Source: an uncultured Rickettsiales bacterium (GTDB lineage Bacteria; Myxococcota_A; UBA796; UBA9615; CAYRNR01). Taken from it: a stretch of DNA of 64,000 nucleotides. The notes beneath the pieces are model-generated. The model was not told where the DNA came from and made no database searches. It saw only the letters and a program-made list of their open reading frames with translations. A program made the translations under genes and the position numbers. The DNA lies in contig CAYTBN010000027.1 in the NCBI GenBank assembly GCA_964436045.1, positions 1,409 to 65,408 of the forward strand, written 5' to 3'. Each line of letters opens with the position of its first letter. Position 1 is the stretch's first letter. Shown here one piece after another: positions 28,691 through 39,196 of this stretch.

Positions 28691-31246
28691 TCAGGTGCCC
28701 CCGTCCATTTCCAGTAGACGCCGCAGGAGGATGCGTACCTCCGTGGCTTCGCGGCCGTTGGGAGCCAATCCAATATAGGTCTGATACTCGTTGATCGCCT
28801 GGTCGTTGCGCCCGAGTTGCTCGTAGGCCAGGCCCAGGCCGTAGTGCGACTCGGCGTTCATCGAATCCAGATTCACCGCGCTGCGGAAGTTGTCCGCGGC
28901 CTGCACCGCGCTTCCGATCTCGATGTAGGCCCAGCCGAGCCCCCGCAGCGCGCGAGCGTCCTTGCGGTTGGCATCCAGCGCCTTCTGATAGGACTGGATG
29001 GCCTCGGCGTACTGCCGCTTCGCGGCCAGCGCGTCGCCCTCCTGGGTGTAGTTGACCACCGGGTCCGAGTCCCCGCCCACCGCCACGAGTTCGAACGCCG
29101 GGCTCGGCGTCGGCGGCTCGGGCGTCGGTGGCTCGGGCGTCGGTGGCTCGGGTGTCGGCGGCTCGGGTGTCGGCGGCTCGGGCGTCGGCGGCTCGGGCGT
29201 GGGGTCCTCGACCTCGGCCTCTCCCCCGGTCTCGGCTCCGGTCTCGGCTCCGATCTCGGCCCCGGTCTCGGCTCCGGTCTCGGCTCCAGCCTCGGACCCG
29301 GCCCCCTCCGCGGGCGCTCCCCCTACCCAGACGCTGCTCCCCTCCTCCGGATCGGCCTCCCCGCCGGCGGCCGCCGCGCCGTCCTCGGCCACCCAGTCCA
29401 GCTGCCGATCGGTGCTGCTCTTCATCGAACGGACCACGTAGGTCGTTCCCAGGCCGATGGCGATGATCAGGACCGCGGCGCCGACGAAGTACCCCAGGCG
29501 GCCGCCGCTCCCCTCCTCTTCCTCGTCATCGTCGAAGTCGAATCCTTGATCAAATCCCTGGTCGTACTCCTCGGGCTTCGACTCCTCCCAGAGGTCTCCA
29601 GCAGACGAGGCTGCACCCACCGACGGCTCGTCTTCCGCGTCCATCCCCTCCCGGAACGACCGCTCGAAGCGCTCGAATTCCTGGCCCAGGTGCTCCATCT
29701 TCTCGCCGGGCGTCTCCGGGGACGGCTCGGTCGATGAATCGAAGCCGGCCGCGGTCTCGTCCATCGAGTCCCACATCGCCGTGATCTTCTCGTCGAGCAC
29801 GGGGCCGGAATCGGGCGCCCCGGGATCCGGCTCGGGCGGCGATGGCAAGGAGTCGTCGAGGCCCGGCTCTTCGGGATCGGAGCCGGGCTCGGGTTGGAAT
29901 TCGGGCTCCGGCTCGGGCTCGGGCTCCGGCTCGGGCTCGGGCTCCGGCTCCGCATCGGGCTCCGGCTCGGGCTCGGGCTCGGGCTCCGCCTCGGCCACGG
30001 ACCCGGACTCCGGATGCCCCGTCGCCCCCAGATCGTCCGAACTCCAGTCGATGCCGGACGCGCTGAAGTCCGGGCTCTGGCCCACACCCACGGCGGATTC
30101 GAGGCTGTCGTCCCCGCCGTCCGACGACCAGGCGATGGGCGATCCGTCGACCGGAGGCGGTTCCGGGACGGGCTCGTCGGCGACGCTGTCGTCGTCCGCG
30201 TCACGTCCCACCTCGTCACCCTGCAACGAGGGCTCCACCACCACGCTCTGTGCCGACGGGTCGTAGCGCGGCTCCTCGATCCCCTGGGCCGCCAGCCGCG
30301 ACATGGTCTCCTTGGCCGCCCGGGGGATCGGCCCCTGGAGACCATCTCCGGTCAACGCCTCTTGCAGTTCGGCCTCGGTGGGTGCCTGGGCGGAAACGAC
30401 CTCCGGAGACTCGGCCGTGACCATCTCGGCGGTGTTGGGTTCGAGTTCGCCGGTGAGCGCCATCGACGCCGTGTCGCCCCCGTCCGGCGCGACCTCCCCC
30501 GAGCTGCTGCCGACGATGCGGTGCTCTAGGCTGGCGATCTCGTCCGACTCACCGAACTCCCCGCTGGAGTCGCCGGTGCCGCTGTCGACGACCTCGGAGT
30601 ATCCTCCGCTGCTGGGGGCCGCCCGGAACTCGGCGCTCTCGGGTTCGACCAGATCCTCGGGATCCGGGGTTGCGGTGGGATGGGCGAGGTGGACCAGCTT
30701 TTCCTCACGGCCCCCCTCCACGTGCTGCATCACCTCGCGGGTGGCATGGATCTCGGGCTCGTCGTCGCCGCCAGCGTCCCCGCTCTCGTCGCCGCTCTCG
30801 TCTCCGGAGGCCTGCCGGTGCTCGCCGGTCACGTAACCCCGCAGCCGGTCCCGGGTGTACTGAAGCTCACGCCGCGTCTCGCGCAGCAGACGGATCAGGT
30901 CGAAGAACGGCCGCAGCTCGGCCACCCGTCGCACCCGCTCCCAGCTCTCGCCGTCCACCGAGACCTGGTCGGTGGCCAGCACGCGCTTCTCGACGATCCA
31001 GCGCTGGAGGACCGACAGGTCCCGCACGGGGTAGGTCTTGCCTTCCTGGCGGAAGAACAGGCCAGGACCACCGGTGGCGTCGGCGTCGAGCCGACGCACC
31101 TCGTCACCGTCGTTCCGTGCCCCCTCTGGGTGGAACACGGTGAACACGTGGCTACAGGCGGAGCACTTGACCTTCGTCCCGCCTCCGGAGATGCGGTCGG
31201 GGTCGAAGGCATATTCGCTTCGGCAATCGGGGCAGGTGATACGCAC
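28691..31246 (-). CDS. MJ0042-type zinc-ribbon / GYF-like / acidic low-complexity / TM / TPR protein
   Basis: N-terminus [10 protein letters not shown]...KCSACSHVF (MJ0042 finger). A GYF/DUF4339-like segment ([14 protein letters not shown]) follows. Then a long acidic region with (EP)n and (PTPEP)7 repeats, one TM helix and C-terminal TPR repeats. Confidence 0.7.
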   Translation of the reverse strand: MRITCPDCRSEYAFDPDRISGGGTKVKCSACSHVFTVFHPEGARNDGDEVRRLDADATGGPGLFFRQEGKTYPVRDLSVLQRWIVEKRVLATDQVSVDGESWERVRRVAELRPFFDLIRLLRETRRELQYTRDRLRGYVTGEHRQASGDESGDESGDAGGDDEPEIHATREVMQHVEGGREEKLVHLAHPTATPDPEDLVEPESAEFRAAPSSGGYSEVVDSGTGDSSGEFGESDEIASLEHRIVGSSSGEVAPDGGDTASMALTGELEPNTAEMVTAESPEVVSAQAPTEAELQEALTGDGLQGPIPRAAKETMSRLAAQGIEEPRYDPSAQSVVVEPSLQGDEVGRDADDDSVADEPVPEPPPVDGSPIAWSSDGGDDSLESAVGVGQSPDFSASGIDWSSDDLGATGHPESGSVAEAEPEPEPEPEPDAEPEPEPEPEPEPEPEPEFQPEPGSDPEEPGLDDSLPSPPEPDPGAPDSGPVLDEKITAMWDSMDETAAGFDSSTEPSPETPGEKMEHLGQEFERFERSFREGMDAEDEPSVGAASSAGDLWEESKPEEYDQGFDQGFDFDDDEEEEGSGGRLGYFVGAAVLIIAIGLGTTYVVRSMKSSTDRQLDWVAEDGAAAAGGEADPEEGSSVWVGGAPAEGAGSEAGAETGAETGAEIGAETGAETGGEAEVEDPTPEPPTPEPPTPEPPTPEPPTPEPPTPEPPTPSPAFELVAVGGDSDPVVNYTQEGDALAAKRQYAEAIQSYQKALDANRKDARALRGLGWAYIEIGSAVQAADNFRSAVNLDSMNAESHYGLGLAYEQLGRNDQAINEYQTYIGLAPNGREATEVRILLRRLLEMDGGT
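29101..29204. repeat. Seven tandem 15-bp repeats (GGCTCGGGCGTCGGY) encoding (PTPEP)7 on the minus strand
   Basis: Near-perfect direct repeats seen directly in the sequence, in-frame within CDS 28691..31246. Confidence 0.85.
29903..29990. repeat. About 15 tandem hexamer repeats (GGCTCS) encoding a poly-(Glu-Pro) tract
   Basis: Seen directly. In-frame within CDS 28691..31246 ([25 protein letters not shown]). Confidence 0.85.
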
Positions 31247-31338
31247 GGTTCGATTGTACCCCCGGTGGATGGGTCCGTGGTACGTGGCCCCCTTGGCGTG
31301 CCGCCGGACGCGGCCGGCGGTACGCTGGGCTCCTCCGA

Positions 31339-33078
31339 TTAGGCTCCGTCAGCTCCCTGGATCTGGTCCAGCAGATCCTGGGCAGCCGGGACGGATCCTG
31401 CCGCCTTCTCCAGGTACGGCACCGCCGAGTCCTTCTTTCCGCAGCGGTGGTACGACAGACCCATCTTGTAATTGTAGTTCGCGTTCCCCGGGGCTTTCTT
31501 GAGGGCCTCGCGGAAACTGTTGATTCCACCGTTGCAGTCACCGCCGCCGAGGGCCGAGTCCCCGAGGAAGGCCCAGTCCTCGGCCGTGGTCTCCTCGATC
31601 TCCACGGTCTGGGCATCTCCATCGATGGATGTGTCGCCGTCATCGGTCTCGGCCGGCGTGGTCTCCGCCTCTTCGCGCTCGCGCCGCTCGCGCGCCGCCT
31701 CCGTCCGCGCCTCGCGCGCCTCCTTCCGCCGCTCTCGCTCGGCGGCCTCGGCCTCGGGATCCAGCGGCGCGGGCGGGGGCGTGGGATCCTCGCGGGTCGT
31801 GGCGTCCTCACGCTCGATGGGCTGGGGAGTGGGGTCGACCGCCACGTCCGCGGTACCGCCGTTGGTCTCTTCCTCGGCCAGGATCTTTTCGCGCTGCTTG
31901 TCGAGCTCACGCTGGATCCGCTCGGCTTCTTCCGTGCGGATCTTCTCCAGCTCGGCTTCCGAGATGCTCGATCGGGTGCGGTTGTCCTCACCGTCGCCAT
32001 CGCCGCGCATCGCGCTGCGGACGACGACCCCGATCAACAGGAGTGCCAGCACCACCACGACGCCCACGAGCAAGGGGTTGCCCAGGGGCAGTGACCCGCG
32101 CTTGGTGGCCGCCGCAGGTTTCTTGCGGCGGGGGCGGCGGCGACGGGACAGGTCGACCTTCAGGGCGTCGCCACCCTGGAGCTCGTCGAGGGCCGCCTTG
32201 TTCAGCGCAGCCAGGCTGGCGCTGGAGGCCCCGATCGCGACGGCGGCATTCTGCGGCGCCCCCTCGGCGGGAGCTCCTGCGTCCTCCCCGGAGCCCGACT
32301 CGCTCGCAGGCGGCGTCGGCGCAGACCTGGCTGGGGCGGCGTCCGCCAGATCCTCGGCCGCCTGGATCTGCCCGAAGAGCCGGGCGAGGTAGTCCTCGAG
32401 TTCGTCGTCGTTGCCGATGCGCGACCACTCGCGGCCATCGTGGGATATCTGGTCCTCCGCGTTCACCTTGCCGTTGCGGATCGAGCGGCGCAGGGTCGCG
32501 ATATCGGCGAAGTCGTAGGTCAGGCCGATGGCGACCTTGACCTTCCAACGGTCGATCCCCAGCCCCTGGAAGTCCAGGGCCTCGGAAGCCCGCACCGTCT
32601 GGGATCCGGATGGACCCTCCACGTCGGCGGCGACAACCACCTTCTCGGTCACGACCTGCGGTCCCGACGGGACCTCCTCGGGCGACGGCCGGCCGCGCTG
32701 GACGCCGAAGCTCGGCGGCTCGCGGGAACCACCTGGGACCACGTCGGGCTCGCCGCGCGCATCGGCCTCTTCCGCGTAGTCCGTCGAGAAGAGGTCCTCG
32801 GCGCGGAGCCCGCCGGGGAGCTGGGCCGTCATCGGCGTCGGAGCCGTGCCGGAGACCGAGCCACGGGCCGGTCCGGGCGGCGTCACACGCCGGGAGGCCG
32901 GCTGGATCGCGTCGGTCTCCAGCGACACCACGGAGTGGGGGCCCGTCGCCTCCCGATCCTTGTTGAAGATGACGAACACGTGAGAACAACGGGGACAAGT
33001 GATCTTGGCCCCCCTGCCCTCGAGCTTCTTGCCCGGGAGCTTGTATTTCGCCTGGCAGTTCGGACAGGTGATGACCAT
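31339..33078 (-). CDS. MJ0042-type zinc-ribbon / GYF-like / TM / TPR protein (paralog of upstream gene)
   Basis: Start at [12 protein letters not shown]...CPRCSHVF (33078). A GYF-like segment ([14 protein letters not shown]) follows. Then a K/R-rich segment and TM ([18 protein letters not shown]), an acidic/ER-rich region and C-terminal TPR-like repeats. Confidence 0.7.
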   Translation of the reverse strand: MVITCPNCQAKYKLPGKKLEGRGAKITCPRCSHVFVIFNKDREATGPHSVVSLETDAIQPASRRVTPPGPARGSVSGTAPTPMTAQLPGGLRAEDLFSTDYAEEADARGEPDVVPGGSREPPSFGVQRGRPSPEEVPSGPQVVTEKVVVAADVEGPSGSQTVRASEALDFQGLGIDRWKVKVAIGLTYDFADIATLRRSIRNGKVNAEDQISHDGREWSRIGNDDELEDYLARLFGQIQAAEDLADAAPARSAPTPPASESGSGEDAGAPAEGAPQNAAVAIGASSASLAALNKAALDELQGGDALKVDLSRRRRPRRKKPAAATKRGSLPLGNPLLVGVVVVLALLLIGVVVRSAMRGDGDGEDNRTRSSISEAELEKIRTEEAERIQRELDKQREKILAEEETNGGTADVAVDPTPQPIEREDATTREDPTPPPAPLDPEAEAAERERRKEAREARTEAARERREREEAETTPAETDDGDTSIDGDAQTVEIEETTAEDWAFLGDSALGGGDCNGGINSFREALKKAPGNANYNYKMGLSYHRCGKKDSAVPYLEKAAGSVPAAQDLLDQIQGADGA

Positions 33079-33285
33079 TTGTTTCCCGAAACGTCTCCGA
33101 GTGGCCGATCTCGACCCTCTACCGTTGGACTCCCCGTCGCGCCGTTTGTTCCAACCGCCGCTCCGTGCCCTTCCCCCGCGAACCCAGTTCGTAAGATTAC
33201 CACACCCAGCACCGTCCCCACGGCCCCCCGGGGGCGGATTTCGCACTTGGATCCATCGTCCACCGCCAGGCTTCCTTGACCCGAA

Positions 33286-35505
33286 CTACCCGATGATCTC
33301 CAGGTTGGCGAAGCGAGCGACGAGCAACCGCATACCCGCGTTACGGAAGAATACGTTCAGTTTGAGCTGCGGACCCGCGCCCTCGACATGGCGGATCTCA
33401 CCGAGGCCGAACGACGGGTGGCTGACCCGCATCCCCGGGCGGAAGGGCTGATCGCCCTCGGGCTCGTACACGACCACGTAGTCGTCATCCACCCCGTCGT
33501 TGGCCGGTTGCGCCACGGTCGCCGGGGACGCGAACGGAAGGGAGGGCCCGGCGGACGGCGGCATCAGCCAGCGCACGAAGGGCGACGGGCGGGTCGCCTG
33601 CCAGCGTCGGTAGGTCTGCCGGTCGCCCTGGACCATCAACATCCGTCGGCGGGAGCGGTACAGGTACAGCCGGTCCCGGGCCCGGGTCGCGGCCACGTAG
33701 CACAGACGATGCTCCTCCTCGGTGCCCGACTGGGTGGCCGCCGCCCGGCTGTTGGGGAAGATCCCCTCGTCGAGCCCGACCAGGCAGACCACGGGGAACT
33801 CGAGCCCCTTGGCGCAGTGGATGGTCATCAGATGTACACGCTCGGAGGGCGACTTGCCCTCGACCCCTGTGCCCTCGCCGAGGTCGTCGGCGTCCGACCG
33901 CAGTGACGACCGGTCGAGCATCTCGGCGATGGCGTCCAGGCCGACCAGGTGCCCCGGGTTCTCGATGGCCGATCGCACCAGCTCTGCCAGGTTGTCAGCC
34001 CGGCCGAGGGCCTCGTGGGAGCCATCCTCGCGGAAGGCGGCCTCCATCCCGCTGCGCTCGATGACCCGTTCGATCGCCTCGGGCAGGGCCAGCCCCTCGA
34101 CCTCGGCTCGCGTGGCAGCGATCAACTCGCCGAAGGCCGTCAACCGGCCGCCGATCGCCTTGCCGACCTTGCGGTCCGCAACGACCGCTGCCATCGCTTC
34201 TTCCGCGGTCAGGCCGCGTCCGCTCGCGGCGGCGCGAACCTTGGTCACGGTGGTGTCGCCGATGCCCCGCGGCGGGGCGCGGACGGCGCGTTCGAACGAG
34301 ACCAGGTCCCGCGGGTTGATCAGAAGACGCAAGTACGCCAGCGCCTCCTTGATCTCCCGTCGCTCGTAGAACCGCATCCCCCCCACCAGCAAGAAGGGCA
34401 GGTCGGCGTGGTCGAAGGCCTCCTCCAGGGAGCGGGACTGGGCGTTGGTGCGGTAGAGCACGGCGATGTCGGCGGGCGACACGCCGCCCGCGATCTCCTC
34501 GCGCACCCGCCACGCTACCTTGCGCGCCTCGTCGGCTTCGTCCTGGCCCTCCCGCATGCGCGGGGCTTCTCCATCCCCCCGATCGGTCCACAGCTGCTTG
34601 GGATCCTGGCTACCGCCACCGCTGTTGACGACCCGGGCGGCGGCGGCGAGGATCGCCGTGGTCGAACGGTAGTTCTGCTGCAGCTTGACCACCCGCGCCC
34701 CCGGGTAATCGTGGGCAAAACCGCGGATGTTGCCCACGTCGGCGCCGCGGAAGGAGTAGATCGATTGGTCATCGTCGCCGACAGCGCAGAGGTTGTCCTC
34801 GGGCTGGGCGAGCCGTCGGACCAGATCGTACTGCTGTCCGTCGGTGTCCTGGAACTCGTCCACCAGCAGGAAACGGAAGCGTCGCTGGTATCGCTCGAGC
34901 ACGTCGGGGTGCTCGTCGAACAGCTCGACCACCCGCGAGATCAGGTCGGAGAAGTCGACGGCGTTGGCCGCCCGCAGCTCCCGCTCGTAGGCGTCGAAGG
35001 CGTCCTGCAGGGTTCCCCGTAGGCGGCCGCGCTCCGACACGCCGACCTCGCCCCCGCTCCGCTTGGCCTGCTCGATGCGGCTCCGGACCAGCCCCGGCGC
35101 CAGCTTGCGGGAGGGATCGACCTCCTTGAGTACCCGCCGGATCACCTCGCGCTGGTCGCGGTCGTCGTAGATGACGAAGTTGCGCTCCAGGCCAATACGC
35201 TCCCCGTCCATCCGGAGGATCCGCAGGCAGGCCGAGTGGAAGGTCTGGACCCAGGCCTCGCGGGCGGCGGAACCGCAGATGGACTCGACCCGCCGCTTCA
35301 TCTCGCCAGCGGCCTTGTTGGTGAAGGTGACCGCCAGGATCTGCCAGGGTTCCGCGATCCCGTCGTGGATCAGCCGCGCCAACCGGTAGGTGAGCACCCG
35401 GGTCTTGCCCGAGCCCGCGCCCGCGAACACCAGCAGCGGACCCTGGTCGTGTTCGACGGCCTCCCGCTGGGGGTCGTTGAGGGACGACAGGTCGAGGGGC
35501 GTCAC
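33286..35505 (-). CDS. uvrD: ATP-dependent DNA helicase UvrD/PcrA family
   Basis: LNDPQREAV, GAGSGKTRVLTYR and VTFTNKAAGEM motifs, plus the full SF1 motif set. GTG start; 4-nt overlap with glmU stop. Confidence 0.9.
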   Translation of the reverse strand: MTPLDLSSLNDPQREAVEHDQGPLLVFAGAGSGKTRVLTYRLARLIHDGIAEPWQILAVTFTNKAAGEMKRRVESICGSAAREAWVQTFHSACLRILRMDGERIGLERNFVIYDDRDQREVIRRVLKEVDPSRKLAPGLVRSRIEQAKRSGGEVGVSERGRLRGTLQDAFDAYERELRAANAVDFSDLISRVVELFDEHPDVLERYQRRFRFLLVDEFQDTDGQQYDLVRRLAQPEDNLCAVGDDDQSIYSFRGADVGNIRGFAHDYPGARVVKLQQNYRSTTAILAAAARVVNSGGGSQDPKQLWTDRGDGEAPRMREGQDEADEARKVAWRVREEIAGGVSPADIAVLYRTNAQSRSLEEAFDHADLPFLLVGGMRFYERREIKEALAYLRLLINPRDLVSFERAVRAPPRGIGDTTVTKVRAAASGRGLTAEEAMAAVVADRKVGKAIGGRLTAFGELIAATRAEVEGLALPEAIERVIERSGMEAAFREDGSHEALGRADNLAELVRSAIENPGHLVGLDAIAEMLDRSSLRSDADDLGEGTGVEGKSPSERVHLMTIHCAKGLEFPVVCLVGLDEGIFPNSRAAATQSGTEEEHRLCYVAATRARDRLYLYRSRRRMLMVQGDRQTYRRWQATRPSPFVRWLMPPSAGPSLPFASPATVAQPANDGVDDDYVVVYEPEGDQPFRPGMRVSHPSFGLGEIRHVEGAGPQLKLNVFFRNAGMRLLVARFANLEIIG

Positions 35506-37043
35506 TTCCCCCCCCCCTCGACATCCGCACGCCGCGCGGCTCTTGCGGCCAGGATCCGGTCGTGCTTGCGGTCGCCGACCCCCTTGAGCATCTTCTCCTT
35601 GGCCCGGGTCACCACCAGCGCGCCGTCGGGCACCTCCCGGGTGACCGTCGTGCCCGAGCCGACGTAGGCCCGATCGCCAACGCGCACGGGGGCCACCAGC
35701 TGCGAGTCGCTGCCGACGAAGGCGTCCTCACCGATTTCGGTGAGGTTCTTGTCCAGGCCGTCGTAGTTGCAGAAGATGACGCCGGCGCCCACGTTCGAAC
35801 GGGCGCCCACGCGGCCGTCGCCCAGGTAGGCCAGGTGGTTGGCCTTGGCGCCGTCGTCCATCTCGGTGTTCTTGGTCTCGACGAAGTTTCCCAGGTGGAC
35901 CCCGGCGGCCAGCCGGCTCCGCATCCGCAGGTGGGAGAAGGGACCGATGCGGGCGTCTGCCCCCACCCGGACCCGGTCCGCGTCGGTGCTCTCGTGGGGT
36001 TCCTTCTCGTTGATGCCGACCATCAGCGTATAAGGCCGCACCTGGGCGTCCTCGGCCACGTCCGCCGACCGGAGCACCGAGCCGACGCCAATGCGCGCGC
36101 CCTCCCCCACCACCGTATCGCGGAGCACGGCGCCGGTCTCGATCACGGCGCCGGTGGCGATCCGGGTATCCCCTTGCAGCTGGACCCGGGGCTCGAGTAC
36201 CACGTCGGCGGACAGTTCCACCTCCGGATCGACGCGCACGGAATGCGGCGCCTGGATGGTCACTCCGTCGGCCATCCAGGCCGACGCCGTGCGGGCGTAC
36301 AGCAGGTCCTCGACCCGGGCCAACTCCGCCCGGTCGTTGACCCCCAGCACCTCGCTCGGATCGCCGTGGATCCGGGCGCTGGCGCCGGCGCTGGCCGCGG
36401 CGGCCGCGATGATGTCGGTCAGGTAGAGCTCGCCCTGGTCGTTCTCGGGGCTGAGGGAGGCCAGCGCCCCCCCGCTGCCGTCCGCGCCGAACAGGAAGGT
36501 CAGATCCGCGGCGTACAGGCCACTGTTGACCTCCTTGACCGCCAGCTGGGCCGGATCGCAGTCCCGTGCCTCGACGATGGCGCTCACGCGGTCGTCGGTC
36601 CCGCGGACGACCCGCCCGTACCACTTGGGTTCGTCGATCTCCATGCTCAGGACCGTGGCCAGCGCGCCGTCTCGTTCCCGGGCCGCTGCGAGCGCCTCCA
36701 GGGTGGCGGAGCGGATCAGCGGCACATCGCCGGGCAACAGCAGGGCGGTGCCATCGAACCGATCGAGGGCCGGCGCGGCGCAGCGTACGGCGTCGCCCGT
36801 GCCCCGCTGCTCGGCCTGCACCGCGAACCGCACGCCCGGCACGTCGGCCAGGGACCGGCGGACCTGCTCACCCTGGCGCCCGACCACCACGATCACCGGG
36901 TCGCAGCCGGCGCCGCGGGCGGCCTCCACGACGCGCCGGACCATCGGCCGCCCGGCCACCGGGTGCAGGACCTTGATCAAGGACGACTTCATCCGCGTTC
37001 CCTGGCCTGCCGCCAGGACGATCGCGCAGCGCGTTTCGCTCAT
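35502..37043 (-). CDS. glmU: Bifunctional UDP-N-acetylglucosamine pyrophosphorylase / glucosamine-1-phosphate N-acetyltransferase
   Basis: N-terminal LAAGQGTRMKS nucleotidyltransferase motif. C-terminal left-handed beta-helix hexapeptide repeats. Confidence 0.9.
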   Translation of the reverse strand: MSETRCAIVLAAGQGTRMKSSLIKVLHPVAGRPMVRRVVEAARGAGCDPVIVVVGRQGEQVRRSLADVPGVRFAVQAEQRGTGDAVRCAAPALDRFDGTALLLPGDVPLIRSATLEALAAARERDGALATVLSMEIDEPKWYGRVVRGTDDRVSAIVEARDCDPAQLAVKEVNSGLYAADLTFLFGADGSGGALASLSPENDQGELYLTDIIAAAAASAGASARIHGDPSEVLGVNDRAELARVEDLLYARTASAWMADGVTIQAPHSVRVDPEVELSADVVLEPRVQLQGDTRIATGAVIETGAVLRDTVVGEGARIGVGSVLRSADVAEDAQVRPYTLMVGINEKEPHESTDADRVRVGADARIGPFSHLRMRSRLAAGVHLGNFVETKNTEMDDGAKANHLAYLGDGRVGARSNVGAGVIFCNYDGLDKNLTEIGEDAFVGSDSQLVAPVRVGDRAYVGSGTTVTREVPDGALVVTRAKEKMLKGVGDRKHDRILAARAARRADVEGGGK

Positions 37044-37104
37044 CGCAACTCCTCGTGTCGAAGGGGCGGATTGTACCGCCTCAGCCGGGGGATGGCAGGG
37101 AGGT

Positions 37105-37902
37105 TCAGTCTATCAGCAGGACGTAGGTGACGGGGGCGCCGTACGTGCCGGAGACGGCGACGCTGTACGCGCTGCCCCCCTCCAGCGGCGAGGACATGGT
37201 CTCGGGGGGGTAGAGGGTGTACTCGTCGGCTCCGGACTTGAACGCGCCGCTGCCCTCCAGCAGGAACATCCCGAGGTCGTTGTCCTTGGTGGGCCAGTAG
37301 AGGGTGAACGCCCAGGTGCCGCCCTGGATCGGCGCAAACCGGTAGTAGTCCATGTCGCCGTCGTAGTCGCCCTGGCCGTCCATCGCCAGCACGGTCAGGT
37401 CGCCGACGATGGCCATCGGGGTCGTGACGCCCCCCATGTTCTGGGATTCCTGGGGGATATCGTTGGGCTCGACCTCGAAGTAGAACGTGCGCCCCAGGTC
37501 CACCTCTCCGGCCAGGGCGCCGGAGGCGTTGCTGTCGGTGTCGACCAGCACGATCCCGATCTGCACAGAGTCGTTGGTCGCGAAGGGAGTCAAGTCGGTC
37601 TTGACCTCGCCCACGTCCGAGAACATCACCACCGCGGTGTCCGGCAGGTCGTAGACCGCCACTTGTTCGCCGTCCACCGACACCCGCAGCTCGCCCTCGC
37701 GGACGTTCTTCTGGGGATCGGTCCAGGCGAACTGGGCCCGCAACAACCACTTCTCGTAGTCCGGCTCCACCTCGAGCTCGCTGAGCACCGGAGCATTCGC
37801 AGGATCGCCGCCCAGGCCACCGTCCACCGCCACGAATCCCACCTGGCAGCCCGCGAGGGCCGCCGCGAGGGTGAACGTGAGCCCGATGATCGCGACACGC
37901 AT
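37105..37902 (-). CDS. Hypothetical lipoprotein
   Basis: Start at MRVAIIGLTFTLAAALAGC (LAGC lipobox). No known domain. Confidence 0.5.
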   Translation of the reverse strand: MRVAIIGLTFTLAAALAGCQVGFVAVDGGLGGDPANAPVLSELEVEPDYEKWLLRAQFAWTDPQKNVREGELRVSVDGEQVAVYDLPDTAVVMFSDVGEVKTDLTPFATNDSVQIGIVLVDTDSNASGALAGEVDLGRTFYFEVEPNDIPQESQNMGGVTTPMAIVGDLTVLAMDGQGDYDGDMDYYRFAPIQGGTWAFTLYWPTKDNDLGMFLLEGSGAFKSGADEYTLYPPETMSSPLEGGSAYSVAVSGTYGAPVTYVLLID

Positions 37903-38041
37903 GACGGTTCCTCCACGGTGACCGACGGTCCCGTGCATCTACTGAATGGAACCCGCCGCGGGGCAGGCTGTCAAGGGCGAGCCGGTGCGTGACGGCCCCT
38001 GGGAGCGCTGGTAAGATGCGTGCCTCATCGAGGAGGTTGTC

Positions 38042-38659
38042 ATGGCCGGACAGGGCGTAAACAAGGTGTTCCTGCTGGGGAACGTGGGCCGGGATCCGGA
38101 GCTTCGCTACACCGGAAGCGGCAAGGCCGTGGCCAACTTCACGCTGGCGACCTCCGAGGGCAGAGCGGGCGAGGGCGGCGAGGCCCGCACCGAGTGGCAC
38201 CGGATCGTGGTCTGGGACCGGCTGGCAGAGCAGTGCAACAACTACGTCACCAAGGGCCGGCAGGTGTTCATCGAGGGGCGGCTCCAGACCCGCTCGTGGG
38301 AGGACCGCAGTAATCAGAAGCGGCAGACCACCGAGATCGTCGCCCACAACGTGCAGTTCCTCGGCACCGGTCGCGGTGAGGGCGCCAACCGGCCACCTCC
38401 GCACGGAGACGATGAGTACGCGTCCTTCGACGCTCGCAAGGGCGGCGGCAGCGGCGGGTATCGCCAGGCGGGGCCGCAGGGCGGTGACGGCGGTGGCGGT
38501 GATGGCGGTGGCGGTGGCGGTGGCGGTGGCGGTGGATACCGTCAAGGACCGCCCCAGGACCGCGGCGGACCGCCTCCCCAGCGCGAGCAGGCCCCCCCGG
38601 CCCGCAAGGAGCCCGAGATCCCCTACGTGGACGAGGACGACGAGGACATCCCGTTCTAG
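38042..38659 (+). CDS. ssb: Single-stranded DNA-binding protein
   Basis: OB-fold N-terminus (NKVFLLGNVGRDPELRYT...WHRIVVW). Gly-rich linker. Acidic C-terminal tip DEDDEDIPF. Confidence 0.9.
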   Translation: MAGQGVNKVFLLGNVGRDPELRYTGSGKAVANFTLATSEGRAGEGGEARTEWHRIVVWDRLAEQCNNYVTKGRQVFIEGRLQTRSWEDRSNQKRQTTEIVAHNVQFLGTGRGEGANRPPPHGDDEYASFDARKGGGSGGYRQAGPQGGDGGGGDGGGGGGGGGGGYRQGPPQDRGGPPPQREQAPPARKEPEIPYVDEDDEDIPF

Positions 38660-38660
38660 A

Positions 38661-38696
38661 GCCGAGTCCGAGTCCGAGTCCGAGTCCGAGTCCGAG
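38661..38696. repeat. (GAGTCC) hexanucleotide microsatellite, about 5.5 copies
   Basis: Perfect tandem hexamers directly after the ssb stop, between convergent genes. Confidence 0.85.
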
Positions 38697-38704
38697 ACGG
38701 ATCC

Positions 38705-39196
38705 CTACTCGGGTTCCAGAGCCACCACCGGAACCAGGAACCAGTCCTTGGGCAGACTGCGGTCCGACAGGTACCACAGCTGCGTTTCGGTCCGATCCAC
38801 CAGGTTCAGGGTGGTCGATTCCACCTCGCGTAACGAGATGCGTATCTCGGCGCGGGTGTTCTCCTCGTCCACCAGCACGAAGTCGACGACAGCCTCGTCG
38901 ACCGTGGGATGCTGGGCCAGTGGATCCGTCATCCGCTGCAGGAAGGTCACCTGGTCGTTGGTGTCCTCGTAGTACTTGGAGGCCTCCTGGAAGTCGCGCC
39001 AGCGCATGGCGATCAGGTACTCGTCCACGCGCTTGCGGACCGCCTTGATCGCCTTCTCGTGCAGGCGCTGCTTCTTGCGGTACTCGACCTTGGCCTTGCG
39101 CTCCGGGTTGGCGGGCGCGAGGGTCGGGGTGGCCAGGGTCAGCGCGATGGCGGTCGCCAGCCAGCCCAGGTGAATGCGGGCTCTAGATGCCGTCAT
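38705..39196 (-). CDS. Small secreted hypothetical protein
   Basis: Signal peptide is MTASRARIHLGWLATAIALTLATPTLAPA. About 160 aa. It overlaps the upstream gene end by 14 nt. Confidence 0.45.
   Translation of the reverse strand: MTASRARIHLGWLATAIALTLATPTLAPANPERKAKVEYRKKQRLHEKAIKAVRKRVDEYLIAMRWRDFQEASKYYEDTNDQVTFLQRMTDPLAQHPTVDEAVVDFVLVDEENTRAEIRISLREVESTTLNLVDRTETQLWYLSDRSLPKDWFLVPVVALEPE

Noticed and set aside
29101-29204. Possible CRISPR array (regular short direct repeats)
   Set aside because: The repeats are contiguous with no spacers and are in-frame coding sequence (PTPEP)n. The same applies to the GAGTCC and GGCGTCA arrays. No cas genes are present.
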